Positions 23,840 to 34,812 of a stretch of 64,000 nucleotides of DNA are shown here, piece after piece. The notes beneath the pieces are model-generated. The model did not search any database. It was not told the DNA's origin and saw only the letters and a program-made list of their open reading frames with translations. The translations under genes and the position numbers were made by a program. Source of the DNA: Thecamonas trahens ATCC 50062 (lineage: Eukaryota; Protista; Apusomonadida); assembly GCF_000142905.1 (NCBI RefSeq), contig NW_013657673.1, positions 1-64,000 of the forward strand. Reading direction: 5' to 3'. Positions within the stretch are counted from its first letter, which is position 1, and the number at the start of each line of letters is the position of its first letter.

Positions 23840-26641
23840 TTACTTCCACGCGTGGCGGACATTCCGACTCCCGTCACGGCTCTTTCCGCGCGACGCCGCA
23901 GTGCCGCTGAGATAGCCCGGGGTGCGATCGCGCTCGCGGCCGCGGCCGCGCTCGCGGCCATGACGAGGATGACCACCACGGCCTTCAGTCCGCGACGGCT
24001 TGTCGGTCTGCGAACTTGATCGCGACCGCCGCCGCACGCGCTGGCGCACCGGCTGCCTCTCGTTATGCCGGCCCTGGCGAGCGCCGTGTGAGCCGTGGCT
24101 CTCGTCGCCGCGCCGACTGCTGCGTGACTTCTTGGGCGACTGCGGGAGTTGCGACTGCAGCTGCGACATTTTGGACTGTAGCATACCAATCTGAGCCTGG
24201 ACCGAGGTAGATGCATCAGTATCGTGCTCGTGCTCGTACTCGGACTCGTCGGACGAGCTCACGTCGGCGTCGGCGTCGGCTCCGGCTCCAGCACTTGTAC
24301 CGGCAGCCTGCGTCGCCAAAAACGTGTCGAACATCGACGAGACCCGCTGCGAGACTTCGGCCACAATGTTGTCGCGGGCGCTGGTGGCCTCGGTGTCCTT
24401 GGACGCCTCCTCCTCAAAGCCGCGGACAACACGCGCAAAGGCGGCGTCAATCTCGGACGCGCGTGCGTTCTTGGTCGCAATGGCAGCCTTGATGGCAGCA
24501 ACGTTGTTGTCGGCGGAAGCGCCGAGCGGAGCAGGCGCAGAGCTGCCGCGATCGGGCGTGGCGGCGTGGACCGGCGACGGCGGGAGCGGGGTCGGCTCAG
24601 GCTGGCGCGCCAGTGGCGACGGTAGCGAGTCGGCAAGTGAGCGCCGGTAAGCCTCTAGCTTGGCCTGCTGCGAGGAGACAAGGCTGTTGAGCTGGCCGTG
24701 GTGGTCCTGGATGAGGGTCTCGATGTTGCCGCGGAGCTCGTCGATGGTGGCGTAGGCGGCGGCAAGCTTGGCCGACGTTGCCCGCGACGCCTCCTTGGCC
24801 GACACCAGCTGGCTCTCCAGCACGCTGTTGGCCTGCTTGGTGTGCTCGAGTACGAGTGCAAGCTCCTTGTTGGCCGCCTGAAGCTTGGCAACCTTGTCGC
24901 GAAGCGCCATCTTGGTCGACGCGCGATCGGCCTCGTCAGCTGAGTAAGACGCCAGGATGTCCGAGATCTGGCTCTGCATCCCGTCAAGCTGCTCGGCAAA
25001 GCGGAGCTCGGCTGCGGCCAGTCGCTCGCGCTCGTCCGCCAACGCGGCTTCATAGTCGTCAGCCTCGCGGGCGGCGTCGTTGCGAAGCTCGGCAACGTAT
25101 GCGTTGTGCTCCTCGCGGAGCGCTGTGAGCTTGGCTTCAGCATCGACCTGTGCCTGCGCCACGCGGGCCTCGGCCTCGCGGACCGCTTTTTCGAGCGCAG
25201 CCTCGCCGCGGGCGGCCTCTTCGGCAACAGCGGCGGAGAGCGCAGCCCTGCCCGCCTCGGCTGCCGACGTCACGTCCTGCTCGGCCTGGGCGCGGGCAGC
25301 GAGCGCGGCCGCGTGGGCATCCTTGAGCGCGTCGTACTCGTTCTGAAGTGCAGCGAGCGAAGCTTCGAGGAGCGAGACGCGCTTGGAAGCGCCCGACGCA
25401 CGTGAGCGCTCTTCCTGAAGCAGCGCGGTCACCGACGCATTGTTCTTCCGCCACTCGGCCTCGAGCTCGTCGCGGGCGACGTTCCACGCCGCACGCTCGT
25501 CATTGGCCGCCGCCCGCAGCTCGGCGGTCTCGTCCTTGAGCTTGTCGATGTTCTCGAGCGCTGCGTCGTACTTGGCGTGCAGCGCGTCACGGGCGTCGAC
25601 CGCCCGCTGCGCCTGAGCCTGCGCCTCGGAGAGCTGCAGCCGCAACTCACGCTCGGCCGACGCCGCCTTTTGCTCGGCAAACAGGGCTTCCTTGCGCTCG
25701 GCGGTGAGCTTCTCGACCGTCTGCGCGAGGTCAGCCTCGAGCTGCGAGCGAAGCGCAGCAGCGTCGGTGGCCTTAGAGCCGGCGGCAGCCTCGGCGGCGG
25801 CGAGCTTCTCGCGGAGTGCGGCAATGGTCTGGGTGTGGGTGAGCGAGCGGTCCTGGTGGAAGGCGCGCTCCGACTCGAGCGTGGCCTTTGTCTGGGCGAG
25901 TGCGGCCTCGAGGCGCGCAATCTCGCTGGCGGCGGCCGCTGACCCGTCGGTGCTCTCCAGTGCCGATCGCTGCAAGTACGAGATCATGGCGTCCTTCTCG
26001 GCCAGCGCAGCCTCGAGGGCGGCGACGCTCTCGTTGGCCTTGACCGTCGTCATCTGGACGGCATGCTGCGAGCGTGCCTCCCGAGCCGCCGACGCCCGAA
26101 GCTCCGACTCGAATGCAGCCTCTTGCTCGTCGAGCTTGGCCTCATACTGCGCCGCGGTCGAGTCGAGCGTAGTCGAGAGGTTGAGGATGGTCTTTTGCAG
26201 TGCGCCGGAGGTCCGCGCGGCCTCGGACGTCAGCTCTGCTGCCAGCGATGGCGAACGAGAAGCATAGCTCGTCGCGCCGAGGCTCAGGCCCGACCCGTTG
26301 AGCACCCGAACCGAGTCGCCGGCGGTATTTGCTGCCGCGCCCGCCTTGCCTGTCGCCGCCGCCAGCTTGTCCTTCTCCCTCTCCAGCGTTGCCAGATACG
26401 CCTCGCGCATGATCGACTCTGACCGAGAACCCGAGCCATCAGTCCGGCCTCCCAGCCGACTAGCAGCCAGCGATGCGCCGGCCATGGCCTCGCCACCACC
26501 AGAGAGCGACGACCTGGGTCCGGCGGCCTCGGTGGCGGTGCCGAAGGAGAGCTTGGCGGCAGGTGACGCTGCGAGCTCCTGCTGTGTGCGAGCACGAATA
26601 CGCTCCATCATACGCTTCACCATAACAGACGGAGAGTCCAT
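23840..26641 (-). CDS. Hypothetical long coiled-coil protein (933 aa)
   Basis: Uninterrupted ORF with A/E/L/R-rich heptads; no recognisable globular domain. Confidence 0.8.
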   Translation of the reverse strand: MDSPSVMVKRMMERIRARTQQELAASPAAKLSFGTATEAAGPRSSLSGGGEAMAGASLAASRLGGRTDGSGSRSESIMREAYLATLEREKDKLAAATGKAGAAANTAGDSVRVLNGSGLSLGATSYASRSPSLAAELTSEAARTSGALQKTILNLSTTLDSTAAQYEAKLDEQEAAFESELRASAAREARSQHAVQMTTVKANESVAALEAALAEKDAMISYLQRSALESTDGSAAAASEIARLEAALAQTKATLESERAFHQDRSLTHTQTIAALREKLAAAEAAAGSKATDAAALRSQLEADLAQTVEKLTAERKEALFAEQKAASAERELRLQLSEAQAQAQRAVDARDALHAKYDAALENIDKLKDETAELRAAANDERAAWNVARDELEAEWRKNNASVTALLQEERSRASGASKRVSLLEASLAALQNEYDALKDAHAAALAARAQAEQDVTSAAEAGRAALSAAVAEEAARGEAALEKAVREAEARVAQAQVDAEAKLTALREEHNAYVAELRNDAAREADDYEAALADERERLAAAELRFAEQLDGMQSQISDILASYSADEADRASTKMALRDKVAKLQAANKELALVLEHTKQANSVLESQLVSAKEASRATSAKLAAAYATIDELRGNIETLIQDHHGQLNSLVSSQQAKLEAYRRSLADSLPSPLARQPEPTPLPPSPVHAATPDRGSSAPAPLGASADNNVAAIKAAIATKNARASEIDAAFARVVRGFEEEASKDTEATSARDNIVAEVSQRVSSMFDTFLATQAAGTSAGAGADADADVSSSDESEYEHEHDTDASTSVQAQIGMLQSKMSQLQSQLPQSPKKSRSSRRGDESHGSHGARQGRHNERQPVRQRVRRRSRSSSQTDKPSRTEGRGGHPRHGRERGRGRERDRTPGYLSGTAASRGKSRDGSRNVRHAWK

Positions 26642-26790
26642 GGTGAAGGATGTTTGTGGGGGGGAGGGGGGGGGGAGGGGGAGGGGGGAGGTGGAGAGGT
26701 GCCCGTGCCCGATGCCGGTGCGGGTGGCGACAGCTTGGCGCCAAACTTTGGTCGGCCAACGAACGGTTGAATGCCAACACTAGGAAGGAG

Positions 26791-27520
26791 GGAGCCGGTG
26801 GCTGGCGACGGGAGCCGACGGCTGGCGACGGGAGCCAATGGCTGGCGACGGGAGCCAATGGCTGGCGACGGGAGCCGATGGCTGGCGACGGGAGCCGATG
26901 GCTGGCGACGGGAACCAATGGCTGGCGACGGGAGCCGATGGCTGGCGACGGGAGCCGACGGCAGGCGACGGGAACCAATGGCTGGCGACGGGGGCCGATG
27001 GCTGGCGACGGGGGCCGATGGCTGGCGACGGGAGCCGACGGCTGGCGACGGGAGCCGATGGCTGGCGGCAGGCACCGACGGCAGGCAACGGGAGCCGATG
27101 GCTGGCGACGGGAGCCGATGGCTGGCGACGGGAGCCGACGGCAGGCGACGGGAACCAATGGCTGGCGACGGGGGCCGATGGCTGGCGACGGGGGCCGATG
27201 GCTGGCGACGGGAGCCGACGGCTGGCGACGGGAGCCGATGGCTGGCGGCAGGCACCGACGGCAGGCAACGGGAGCCGATGGCTGGCGACGGGAGCCGACG
27301 GCTGGCGACGGGAGCCGACGGCAGGCGACGGGAACCAATGGCTGGCGACGGGGGCCGATGGCTGGCGACGGGGGCCGATGGCTGGCGACGGGGGCCGATG
27401 GCTGGCGACGGGAGCCGACGGCTGGCGACGGGAGCCGATGGCTGGCGACGGGAGCCGACGGCTGGCGACGGGAGCCGATGGCTGGCGGCAGGCACCGACG
27501 GCAGGCAACGGGAGCCAGTG
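26791..27520. repeat. 20-bp minisatellite (GCTGGCGACGGGAGCCGATG) x36 with 180-bp higher-order repeat
   Basis: 36 full units at 26801-27520; variant units recur at 180-bp spacing (26961/27141/27321 and 27061/27241). Confidence 0.97.
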
Positions 27521-27727
27521 GAGAAATGATCGGTTGCCTAAAGGGAAGATGTTGCTGATGGGATGGTCTGTGGTGGTCATCGACGTCGCGCGGCGGCGAG
27601 GTACTTGGCGAGCGAGTCTGAACCTCGCATCGATGGCGATGGCAATGGCAATGGCAGACGATGCGAAGACTACATCTCCGCCGCTGCCATCGCCATCCAT
27701 GGCTGTGGCAGAAGCCGTGACGTGGGA

Positions 27728-29494
27728 ATGACGAGCCTGAGAGCCAATTCGGCGACTCAGGCCCCGACCACCAGCACCAGCAGACTCTTCTCACTCGAGC
27801 ACAGGATGGAGCGGCACGTGGTGACAGGCAGCCAAGCTGCGGTCAAGTACTGGCTCGCAGACCACACGACATGTTCAGAGTCCGAGGCTGGTGTGTACTG
27901 GCTGGTGCCGGCTACCACCGCCTATCCAGCTGCCAAGGCTGAGACTGAGGCTGAGGCTGACCGAGTCATCGTCATGGACAACTCGGCGGCGTGCAGCGAG
28001 GCGATGGCAGCGGTCAAAGACGGAGCGGCTGTGGTGGTGTACGATGTGGATCGGGTGCTAGCGTGTGCGCATGCGGCAGGCGGAAGGCTGTTCGCGGACG
28101 TCATCCGGGTCTGTACCGCGGCGTCGACGCTTGTCCTCGCCTTTGAGCCCGCGACGGCGAGGAGCGTGGCCGGCGACACGCTGGTGGCGACGTTGGCAGG
28201 CGGGATCGAGGGCGTGGAGGTGAGCGACGACGATGTGCAAAGCAGCATGGGCATCGGGACGGTGGTAGGCGCGCAGGTGGCCGCGTGGCGGGTCGAGACG
28301 CTGCTGATTGCGCCCTCGGCGGCGCCGGGCGATCCGTGGCAGCCGTGCGCACCGCCGCTGTACCAAACGGCGACGTTTGTGCAGCCGGGCGCGCGGGTCA
28401 ACGGCCCGTACGACTATACCCGGTCAGGAAATCCGACGCGGACTGCGGTGCAGGAGGCACTGCGCCGGCTCATTGCCCGAGCGTCCGGGCTGGACGCGTC
28501 GAGCGTCGCTGTCTTTGCGCTGAGCACGGGCATGGCGGCGCTCTCGGCTGTGGTCAACCTTGTGCCGCCGGGCGCGACCGTGGTGGCGTGCGACGATCTC
28601 TACGGCGGCATGCATCGGCTGCTGACCCAGGTCGCAAGCCCGCACGCCGGCATCAAGACTGAGTTTGCGCGGGTGAGCGACGCCGACGCGCTGCGGGCGC
28701 GCCTCACTGAGCTCGCCGCCGACGGCCACGACGTCCGCCTCGTCCACATCGAGTCGCCGTCGAATCCGTTGCTACACATTGCTGACATTGCGGCGGTGGC
28801 CGCGGTCGTCCACGACGCCGGCGCCCTGCTCTCGGTCGACAACACCATGATGACCCCGCTGGGGCAGGCGCCGCTGGCACTCGGCGCCGACATTGTTGTC
28901 CACTCGGCAACAAAGTACCTGTGCGGCCATGCCGACGTCATGGCCGGCGTGGTGGCAGTCAACACCGCAGCAGCACCTTGCGCGGCGGACACTCTCAAGT
29001 TTCTGGTCAACGCTCAGGGCTCAGGCCTTGCTCCCATGGACTGCTGGCTAATGCACCGCTCGCTCAAGACGCTGCGGGTGCGGACAGCAGCAGCTGTGGC
29101 GGCCGGCGCCAAGATTGAGGCTTTTCTCGCCTCGGCCCCGTGGGTCACCGCTCTACACTCGGCACGCGGCTCGGCGGTTCACGCCGCGCAAGCCGCCTGG
29201 ATCCCGCCGGTCTTCTCGTTTGAGACCGGCGACGTCGAGTTCTCCGCCCGCCTCCTCAAGGCTTGCCGCGTCTTCAAGATCTCGGTCTCATTTGGCTCGG
29301 TCGCCTCGGTCATCGAGCTTCCTGCCGCCTTTTCGCACGCCTCCATTTCTCCCGACGCCCGCACGCTGCCGCAGGACCTGGTCCGCCTCTCAGTCGGCCT
29401 CGAGCACCCGGACGATCTCATTGCCGACCTCGCCGCCGCTGCCGCTCTAGCTGCCGCCCGGTCGCCTCTCCCGGCTCGCCCGGTGCCGTCCTGA
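27728..29494 (+). CDS. Cystathionine beta-lyase (PLP transsulfuration family) with ~180-aa N-terminal extension
   Basis: PPLYQTATF, YDYTRSGNPTR, STGMAA, DDLYGG, ESPSNP, VDNT, HSATKYLCGHAD (PLP Lys), ISVSFGS, RLSVGLE. Confidence 0.88.
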   Translation: MTSLRANSATQAPTTSTSRLFSLEHRMERHVVTGSQAAVKYWLADHTTCSESEAGVYWLVPATTAYPAAKAETEAEADRVIVMDNSAACSEAMAAVKDGAAVVVYDVDRVLACAHAAGGRLFADVIRVCTAASTLVLAFEPATARSVAGDTLVATLAGGIEGVEVSDDDVQSSMGIGTVVGAQVAAWRVETLLIAPSAAPGDPWQPCAPPLYQTATFVQPGARVNGPYDYTRSGNPTRTAVQEALRRLIARASGLDASSVAVFALSTGMAALSAVVNLVPPGATVVACDDLYGGMHRLLTQVASPHAGIKTEFARVSDADALRARLTELAADGHDVRLVHIESPSNPLLHIADIAAVAAVVHDAGALLSVDNTMMTPLGQAPLALGADIVVHSATKYLCGHADVMAGVVAVNTAAAPCAADTLKFLVNAQGSGLAPMDCWLMHRSLKTLRVRTAAAVAAGAKIEAFLASAPWVTALHSARGSAVHAAQAAWIPPVFSFETGDVEFSARLLKACRVFKISVSFGSVASVIELPAAFSHASISPDARTLPQDLVRLSVGLEHPDDLIADLAAAAALAAARSPLPARPVPS

Positions 29495-29796
29495 GCCCCG
29501 ATCTAGGCTGAACCCCGCTTGAGCCTAGCAAGAGTACATCAAGACCACAACACATACCCCGCCATCAATCAAACTTCCCCTGCCCGGCTCCTTTCCCCCA
29601 CGCGCGCTCGTAGCAACCTGCATCGAGGTGAGAGAGAGAAAAAAAAAACTCCGCTCGCGCGCCAATGCGACTCGCAGCGACAATGCCCAAAAGCGACCAT
29701 CGACGACCGACAAAGGCAAAGAGGGGGGGAGGGAGGGAGGGAGGCTAGGGGAGGCACAGGCGTACGACACAACACTCGACCAAACTCAAGTCAAGT

Positions 29797-30693
29797 ATGT
29801 CCCAAGCACGGCACCCCAAGCGCCTCCATGTGTCTGGCCTCTCTGACGAGGTCCGCATGGACGACATGCACAACATCTACGGTCGGTACGGACGGGTGGT
29901 GGACGTGTGCCTCAAGCGTGGCTTTGCCTTTGTCGAGTTTGAGACTCGTGGCCAAGCGCTGGACGCTATCGAGGCTACCGACAACCTCCCTGTCTTTGGT
30001 CGGCCCATTCGTGTTGACTTTGCCAACGACCGGAGGGGCTTTGGTGCTGCTGGTCGCGTCGGCCCGCCCGGTGGTGGTGGACACGGCATGCCGCCGCCGC
30101 GTGAGCGAGGTGGTCGCGCTCCGCAGGGGCCCAAGTTCCCTGTGCTGGTCGAGGGCATTGCCCCGCGCACCTCGTGGCAGGATCTGAAGGACTTTGCTCG
30201 CTCTATTGCCGAGCCGGGCTTTGCCAACGTCTTCTCCGACGCACAGGGTCCGTTTGGCATCATCGAGTTCCGCTCCATGGAGGACGCCGCCGACGCCGTC
30301 ATGCGGCTCAACGAGACTGAGATCAACGGCGACCGCGTCACCGTCCGCTTCGAAAAGTCCATCCGCGAAGAGGGCGAGGCCTTTGTCGACCGCTACATGG
30401 CGAACCCGCCGCCGCCGCCGGTTGACTCTGCCCCGGCCGGCGACGCGTACCGCGAGCGCCGCTCGCCGCCGCGCGCCTCGTACGACGACCGCCGCCACAG
30501 CCGCGAGCGCTCCCGCTCTCGCTCGCACGGCCCGGCTCGCTCGCGCTCCCGCGAGCGCGACAACGACTACCAGCCCATCACCGATGCCGAACGCGCTACC
30601 GCCGCCGAGAAGATCGCCGCTGACGCCGAGCCCGTGCCGCCGCAGGACCAGGACGTGCCGCCGCAGGACCAGGACGCGCCGCCGCAGGAGTAA
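29797..30693 (+). CDS. SR-family splicing factor (two RRMs, SRSF4/5/6-like)
   Basis: RGFAFVEF RNP1, pseudo-RRM SWQDLKDF, RS dipeptides. Confidence 0.9.
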   Translation: MSQARHPKRLHVSGLSDEVRMDDMHNIYGRYGRVVDVCLKRGFAFVEFETRGQALDAIEATDNLPVFGRPIRVDFANDRRGFGAAGRVGPPGGGGHGMPPPRERGGRAPQGPKFPVLVEGIAPRTSWQDLKDFARSIAEPGFANVFSDAQGPFGIIEFRSMEDAADAVMRLNETEINGDRVTVRFEKSIREEGEAFVDRYMANPPPPPVDSAPAGDAYRERRSPPRASYDDRRHSRERSRSRSHGPARSRSRERDNDYQPITDAERATAAEKIAADAEPVPPQDQDVPPQDQDAPPQE

Positions 30694-30761
30694 GCCGAAC
30701 TCAAAGCCCAAGACGAGGCCGACGACGACAACATCCGAATACATTTTTACCGAGGAGAGAC

Positions 30762-31976
30762 CTACCGCCTTCGCCGCGCTGCGCGAGGACGCCAGGGACG
30801 AAGCTTGCACCGCGCTGTGGTGCTTGATGGTGCAACCACGACCGGGACTCGAACAATGCCTGTGGCTGGTGGTGGTGACGCGGTCGAGAGGAGCGTGGGT
30901 GGGGTCGAGGTGGAAGTGGGGGGCGCGGGGGCGGTAGGTGGGGGCAGGAGGGGGACCGAGGCGGTGCCAGGTGGCGTGGCGGTGGTGGCTGCCACCGCGG
31001 CAAGCGATGCGAGGCCACCGCTCGTCGGCGGCACTGCCGCAAGAGACGCGAGTCCGTCAGGCTGCGCTCCCGCCGGCCGGCTGGCTGTTGCCAGCGACGC
31101 CAGCCCGCCGGGCCGCACAACCGTCGCCGCGCTTGTCGTCGCGAGCGACGCCAACCCGCGTCCGGTGCTGCTTGGAGCCGATGCGGGTGGAGCCCGGGCC
31201 GAGGCCGCTGAGGCCAGCCCGGTGAGCCCGCCCAACAATGGCGATGGCTTGGCCCGCCCAGCTGTGGCAGCGAGGCCGGCCAGCCCTGTTGTCGGAGCCG
31301 ATGCCACGCCACCAAAGCCCGGCGCCGGATCAGCCCGAGGCGTTGCCGCCACCGCTGCGCGCGGCCGCCGGCCCGGCCGACGGTATTGGTGCGACGGCGC
31401 GGCCGCGCGCGCCGCCACCAGATTGGCGATTGCTCTCGTTGGACTCGCCGCAAAGTACCGTCGCGAACCGAGGCCGGGTGCCGAGTGGCCGAGCCAGTTG
31501 TGGATGGTCCGGCACCGGTCGAGCTCGCCGCGGACCAGGTGCCGCTGATCGTCAAACAGAATCGGGAGTGGGCCGAGATAAAACGGAAGCTCAGCCGGAT
31601 TGACACGCGCATTGCGTGCCTTGCGCCGCCCGCCCTTTCGTCGCCTTGCCAGCCCCCTCGCCATCCGCTGCGCCTCGCGGACCACTATCATCGCCTTGTT
31701 CCCGTCCAGCGCAAACTGAGACAGATCGTCCGGCATCGGCGGCGTCCCTGCCCGATCGCCCCAATCTCCCCCATATCCACCACCGTCTGGACCATCTCCC
31801 GCACAAGTGCGGCTCGCCGAGCTTGCACTCGCCGTCGCCGCGCCGCCGCCGTCTGAGCCGGCCGCCGAGCTCGTGCTTGTGCTCGTGCTCGTGCTCGTGC
31901 TCGAGCTGCTCTCAACCCCGCTGCCGTCCCCACTCCCGCTGCCGGCGCCCGCAAGGACCGCAAACAGGTTTGACAT
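30762..31976 (-). CDS. Hypothetical low-complexity protein with repeated GLASLA motifs
   Basis: 404-aa ORF from ATG; about six G-L-(A/T)-(S/G)-L-A repeats. Confidence 0.6.
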   Translation of the reverse strand: MSNLFAVLAGAGSGSGDGSGVESSSSTSTSTSTSTSSAAGSDGGGAATASASSASRTCAGDGPDGGGYGGDWGDRAGTPPMPDDLSQFALDGNKAMIVVREAQRMARGLARRRKGGRRKARNARVNPAELPFYLGPLPILFDDQRHLVRGELDRCRTIHNWLGHSAPGLGSRRYFAASPTRAIANLVAARAAAPSHQYRRPGRRPRAAVAATPRADPAPGFGGVASAPTTGLAGLAATAGRAKPSPLLGGLTGLASAASARAPPASAPSSTGRGLASLATTSAATVVRPGGLASLATASRPAGAQPDGLASLAAVPPTSGGLASLAAVAATTATPPGTASVPLLPPPTAPAPPTSTSTPPTLLSTASPPPATGIVRVPVVVAPSSTTARCKLRPWRPRAARRRR

Positions 31977-32706
31977 GACCGTATGGGTGCTTCCCGCTGA
32001 GGGTCGAGTCTGTCGCAGCGAGCGGCGCCAGCGTCAGTGGCGTCGTCGTCGCAGCCAGCTCGTCGCCCGGCTCGTCGGTCTCATCGAAGCCAGGCGCAGT
32101 CTTTTGCCGAGCACGCGGGTTTTTTGCCCATTGCAGGGCAGCATATTCTTTGAACTGTAACTCGCTATCGGATGGCAGTCTGCATGCGACATGGGCATGG
32201 TTGGGTAGCTGGTGTTGTAGAGATTGTTGCGATGTGATTGATGTTCACTGCACGCCACAGAGCAAACACAACATGCAAACTGTGTGTTCCATGGAACACT
32301 ATTTCCGTGATCAACCATTTTGACAAAGCCAGACAGCAGAGTCAGCGATCGCACCTCGAGAACCACCGTCACCTTTCCTTTTCTCTCTCTCTCCCTTCTA
32401 CACACCACTACCATACTCTCTGCTGCTACTTCCATCCCCTCGACCCGAAATCCGCACTCTAATCACAGTTTAGCCGGAAATCGGAACTTGTACGGCCTCG
32501 CCCTCTTGCTCTCCCCTCCCCTCGTCCCAAGCAATCAACCATGTCCACGCCTCTCCCTGCGATCCGCCTCTCCCATGTGGTCATGGCTCGCATGGCCTCC
32601 TCGATCGTCAGACTCATCTCCTCGAGCAGACGTCGCAACCACACGACGACGGCTTGAACGCCGAATGACCGGCGACTTTGGCTCACACCCCACTCTCACA
32701 GACACC

Positions 32707-34608
32707 ATGGTATGCGACCAGTCCCCAATGTCCCCGCCTCACCCCACCTTCACCCCTCCCCTCCCCCCCCGCCCCTCCCCTGCAATTGAACAGCAACTCA
32801 TGGTAGACCACATGTGCCACAGGCTGACAAGAAGGCATCCAAGGCGTTCCCGCTCGCCACCGACGAGCTCCATGCCACCATCCTGGACATGGTCCAGCAG
32901 GCCGCCAACTACCGCCAGCTGAAGAAGGGCGCTAACGAGGGTACGTACCACGAGTGTCAGCCTCCGTTTCCTTTCCCATCCCCATCCCCTCCATGCTCTT
33001 CATCCACCTCCCTGTCCCCTTTCTTCCACATCCCCATCCCTCCCTCTTTCCTGGGCTCCTCCTCTCCTTGCCCCCGTTGTCCCTGGCTGCGGCAGAGGGA
33101 CTCGCCGCCGTCTCCCCTTCCTCGCCCGCCAGCCTTCCCCGTCCGCCCGGCGTCTCCCTCTCCCTGCCCCCTGCACCCACCGAGTCCCCTTCCCCCTTCC
33201 CCTCCTCCCCCTCCCCCCTCCCCCCTCCCCCCCCCTCCCCCCACTGTACCCCCTCTCCTCCCTCCTCCTCCCTCCCCCCCCCCCCCGAGCGCACATACTT
33301 TTGGGATGGATTGTGATTTCCTTCCCACTTTCGGTTTGCCTCTCACTGGCACCACCGCCACCANNNNNNNNNNNNNNNNNNNNNNNNNNNNNNNNNNNNN
33401 NNNNNNNNNNNNNNNNNNNNNNNNNNNNNNNNNNNNNNNNNNNNNNNNNNNNNNNNNNNNNNNNNNNNNNNNNNNNNNNNNNNNNNNNNNNNNNNNNNNN
33501 NNNNNNNNNNNNNNNNNNNNNNNNNNNNNNNNNNNNNNNNNNNNNNNNNNNNNNNNNNNNNNNNNNNNNNNNNNNNNNNNNNNNNNNNNNNNNNNNNNNN
33601 NNNNNNNNNNNNNNNNNNNNNNNNNNNNNNNNNNNNNNNNNNNNNNNNNNNNNNNNNNNNNNNNNNNNNNNNNNNNNNNNNNNNNNNNNNNNNNNNNNNN
33701 NNNNNNNNNNNNNNNNNNNNNNNNNNNNNNNNNNNNNNNNNNNNNNNNNNNNNNNNNNNNNNNNNNNNNNNNNNNNNNNNNNNNNNNNNNNNNNNNNNNN
33801 NNNNNNNNNNNNNNNNNNNNNNNNNNNNNNNNNNNNNNNNNNNNNNNNNNNNNNNNNNNNNNNNNNNNNNNNNNNNNNNNNNNNNNNNNNNNNNNNNNNN
33901 NNNNNNNNNNNNNNNNNNNNNNNNNNNNNNNNNNNNNNNNNNNNNNNNNNNNNNNNNNNNNNNNNNNNNNNNNNNNNNNNNNNNNNNNNNNNNNNNNNNN
34001 NNNNNNNNNNNNNNATACTTGGTTGCCTCCCTGGACTGTGTCCCCGGCAAACAAAGCCTGTCATTTCTCGTAGGACCACTCTGCTTGGCTCATTCCGGCA
34101 GTCACAAAATTTTAATGCCATTCCCACCACCCACCCCCCCCCCCCTCCCCCACCACCACCATGACCACCCCCACCACCCTCACCCCGATCACATGCATTC
34201 CTCCGCTTCCATTTTATATCATTGCCCATGGCTGAATCATGGCTCATCTCGGACTCGTGGCCTTTGTTCCCTCCCCTCCCCTTTGGTTTATCGCCTTGCC
34301 CCTTCGCCGCACGGTACTCACCCCCCCCTTCTCCTCCTGCTACAGCGACCAAGACGCTCAACCGTGGTATTGCCGAGCTTGTGGTGATGGCTGCCGACAC
34401 CGAGCCGATCGAGATCCTTATGCACATTCCGCTCCTGTGCGAGGACAAGAACGTGCCGTACGTCTTTGTGGAGTCGCAGGCTGCGCTTGGCCGTGCCTGC
34501 GGTGTCTCCCGCCCGGTCATTGCTGCCTCCATCACCGTCTCGGACGGCTCGCAGCTCCAGACCCCGCTCAACAACCTCAAGGACGCCATCGAGCGCCTCC
34601 TCATCTAA
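32707..34608 (+). CDS. SNU13: Snu13/15.5K (box C/D snoRNP and U4 k-turn binding protein); exons 32707-32709, 32823-32940, 34346-34608
   Basis: M|[27 protein letters not shown]|[48 protein letters not shown]. Confidence 0.96.
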
Positions 34609-34812
34609 TCGGCCCTCGCCCTCTCTTAAACTCCCGAACATCCATTCCCCCCCCCTCCCTTCCTCTCCTCCTCCCCCCCGTTCTCCCTTCTGCTTGCCTC
34701 TCGCCACGTGCCACGTCCCGCCGACAACTCGCCGCCCGTACCCAAACCAACACCGTCTCCCTAACTCGGCACCACTCGACTAGGTGCGGGGACGGAGCGA
34801 GCAGCAGCAGCC

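Noticed and set aside
26791-27520. CRISPR array or repeat-protein gene
   Set aside because: Units are contiguous with no unique spacers and no cas genes. The ORFs in all six frames simply reflect a stop-free unit.
32941-34345. Intronic snoRNA in SNU13 (also looked in the RPL17 intron)
   Set aside because: No clear C/D box pair, and about half of the SNU13 intron is an N gap.
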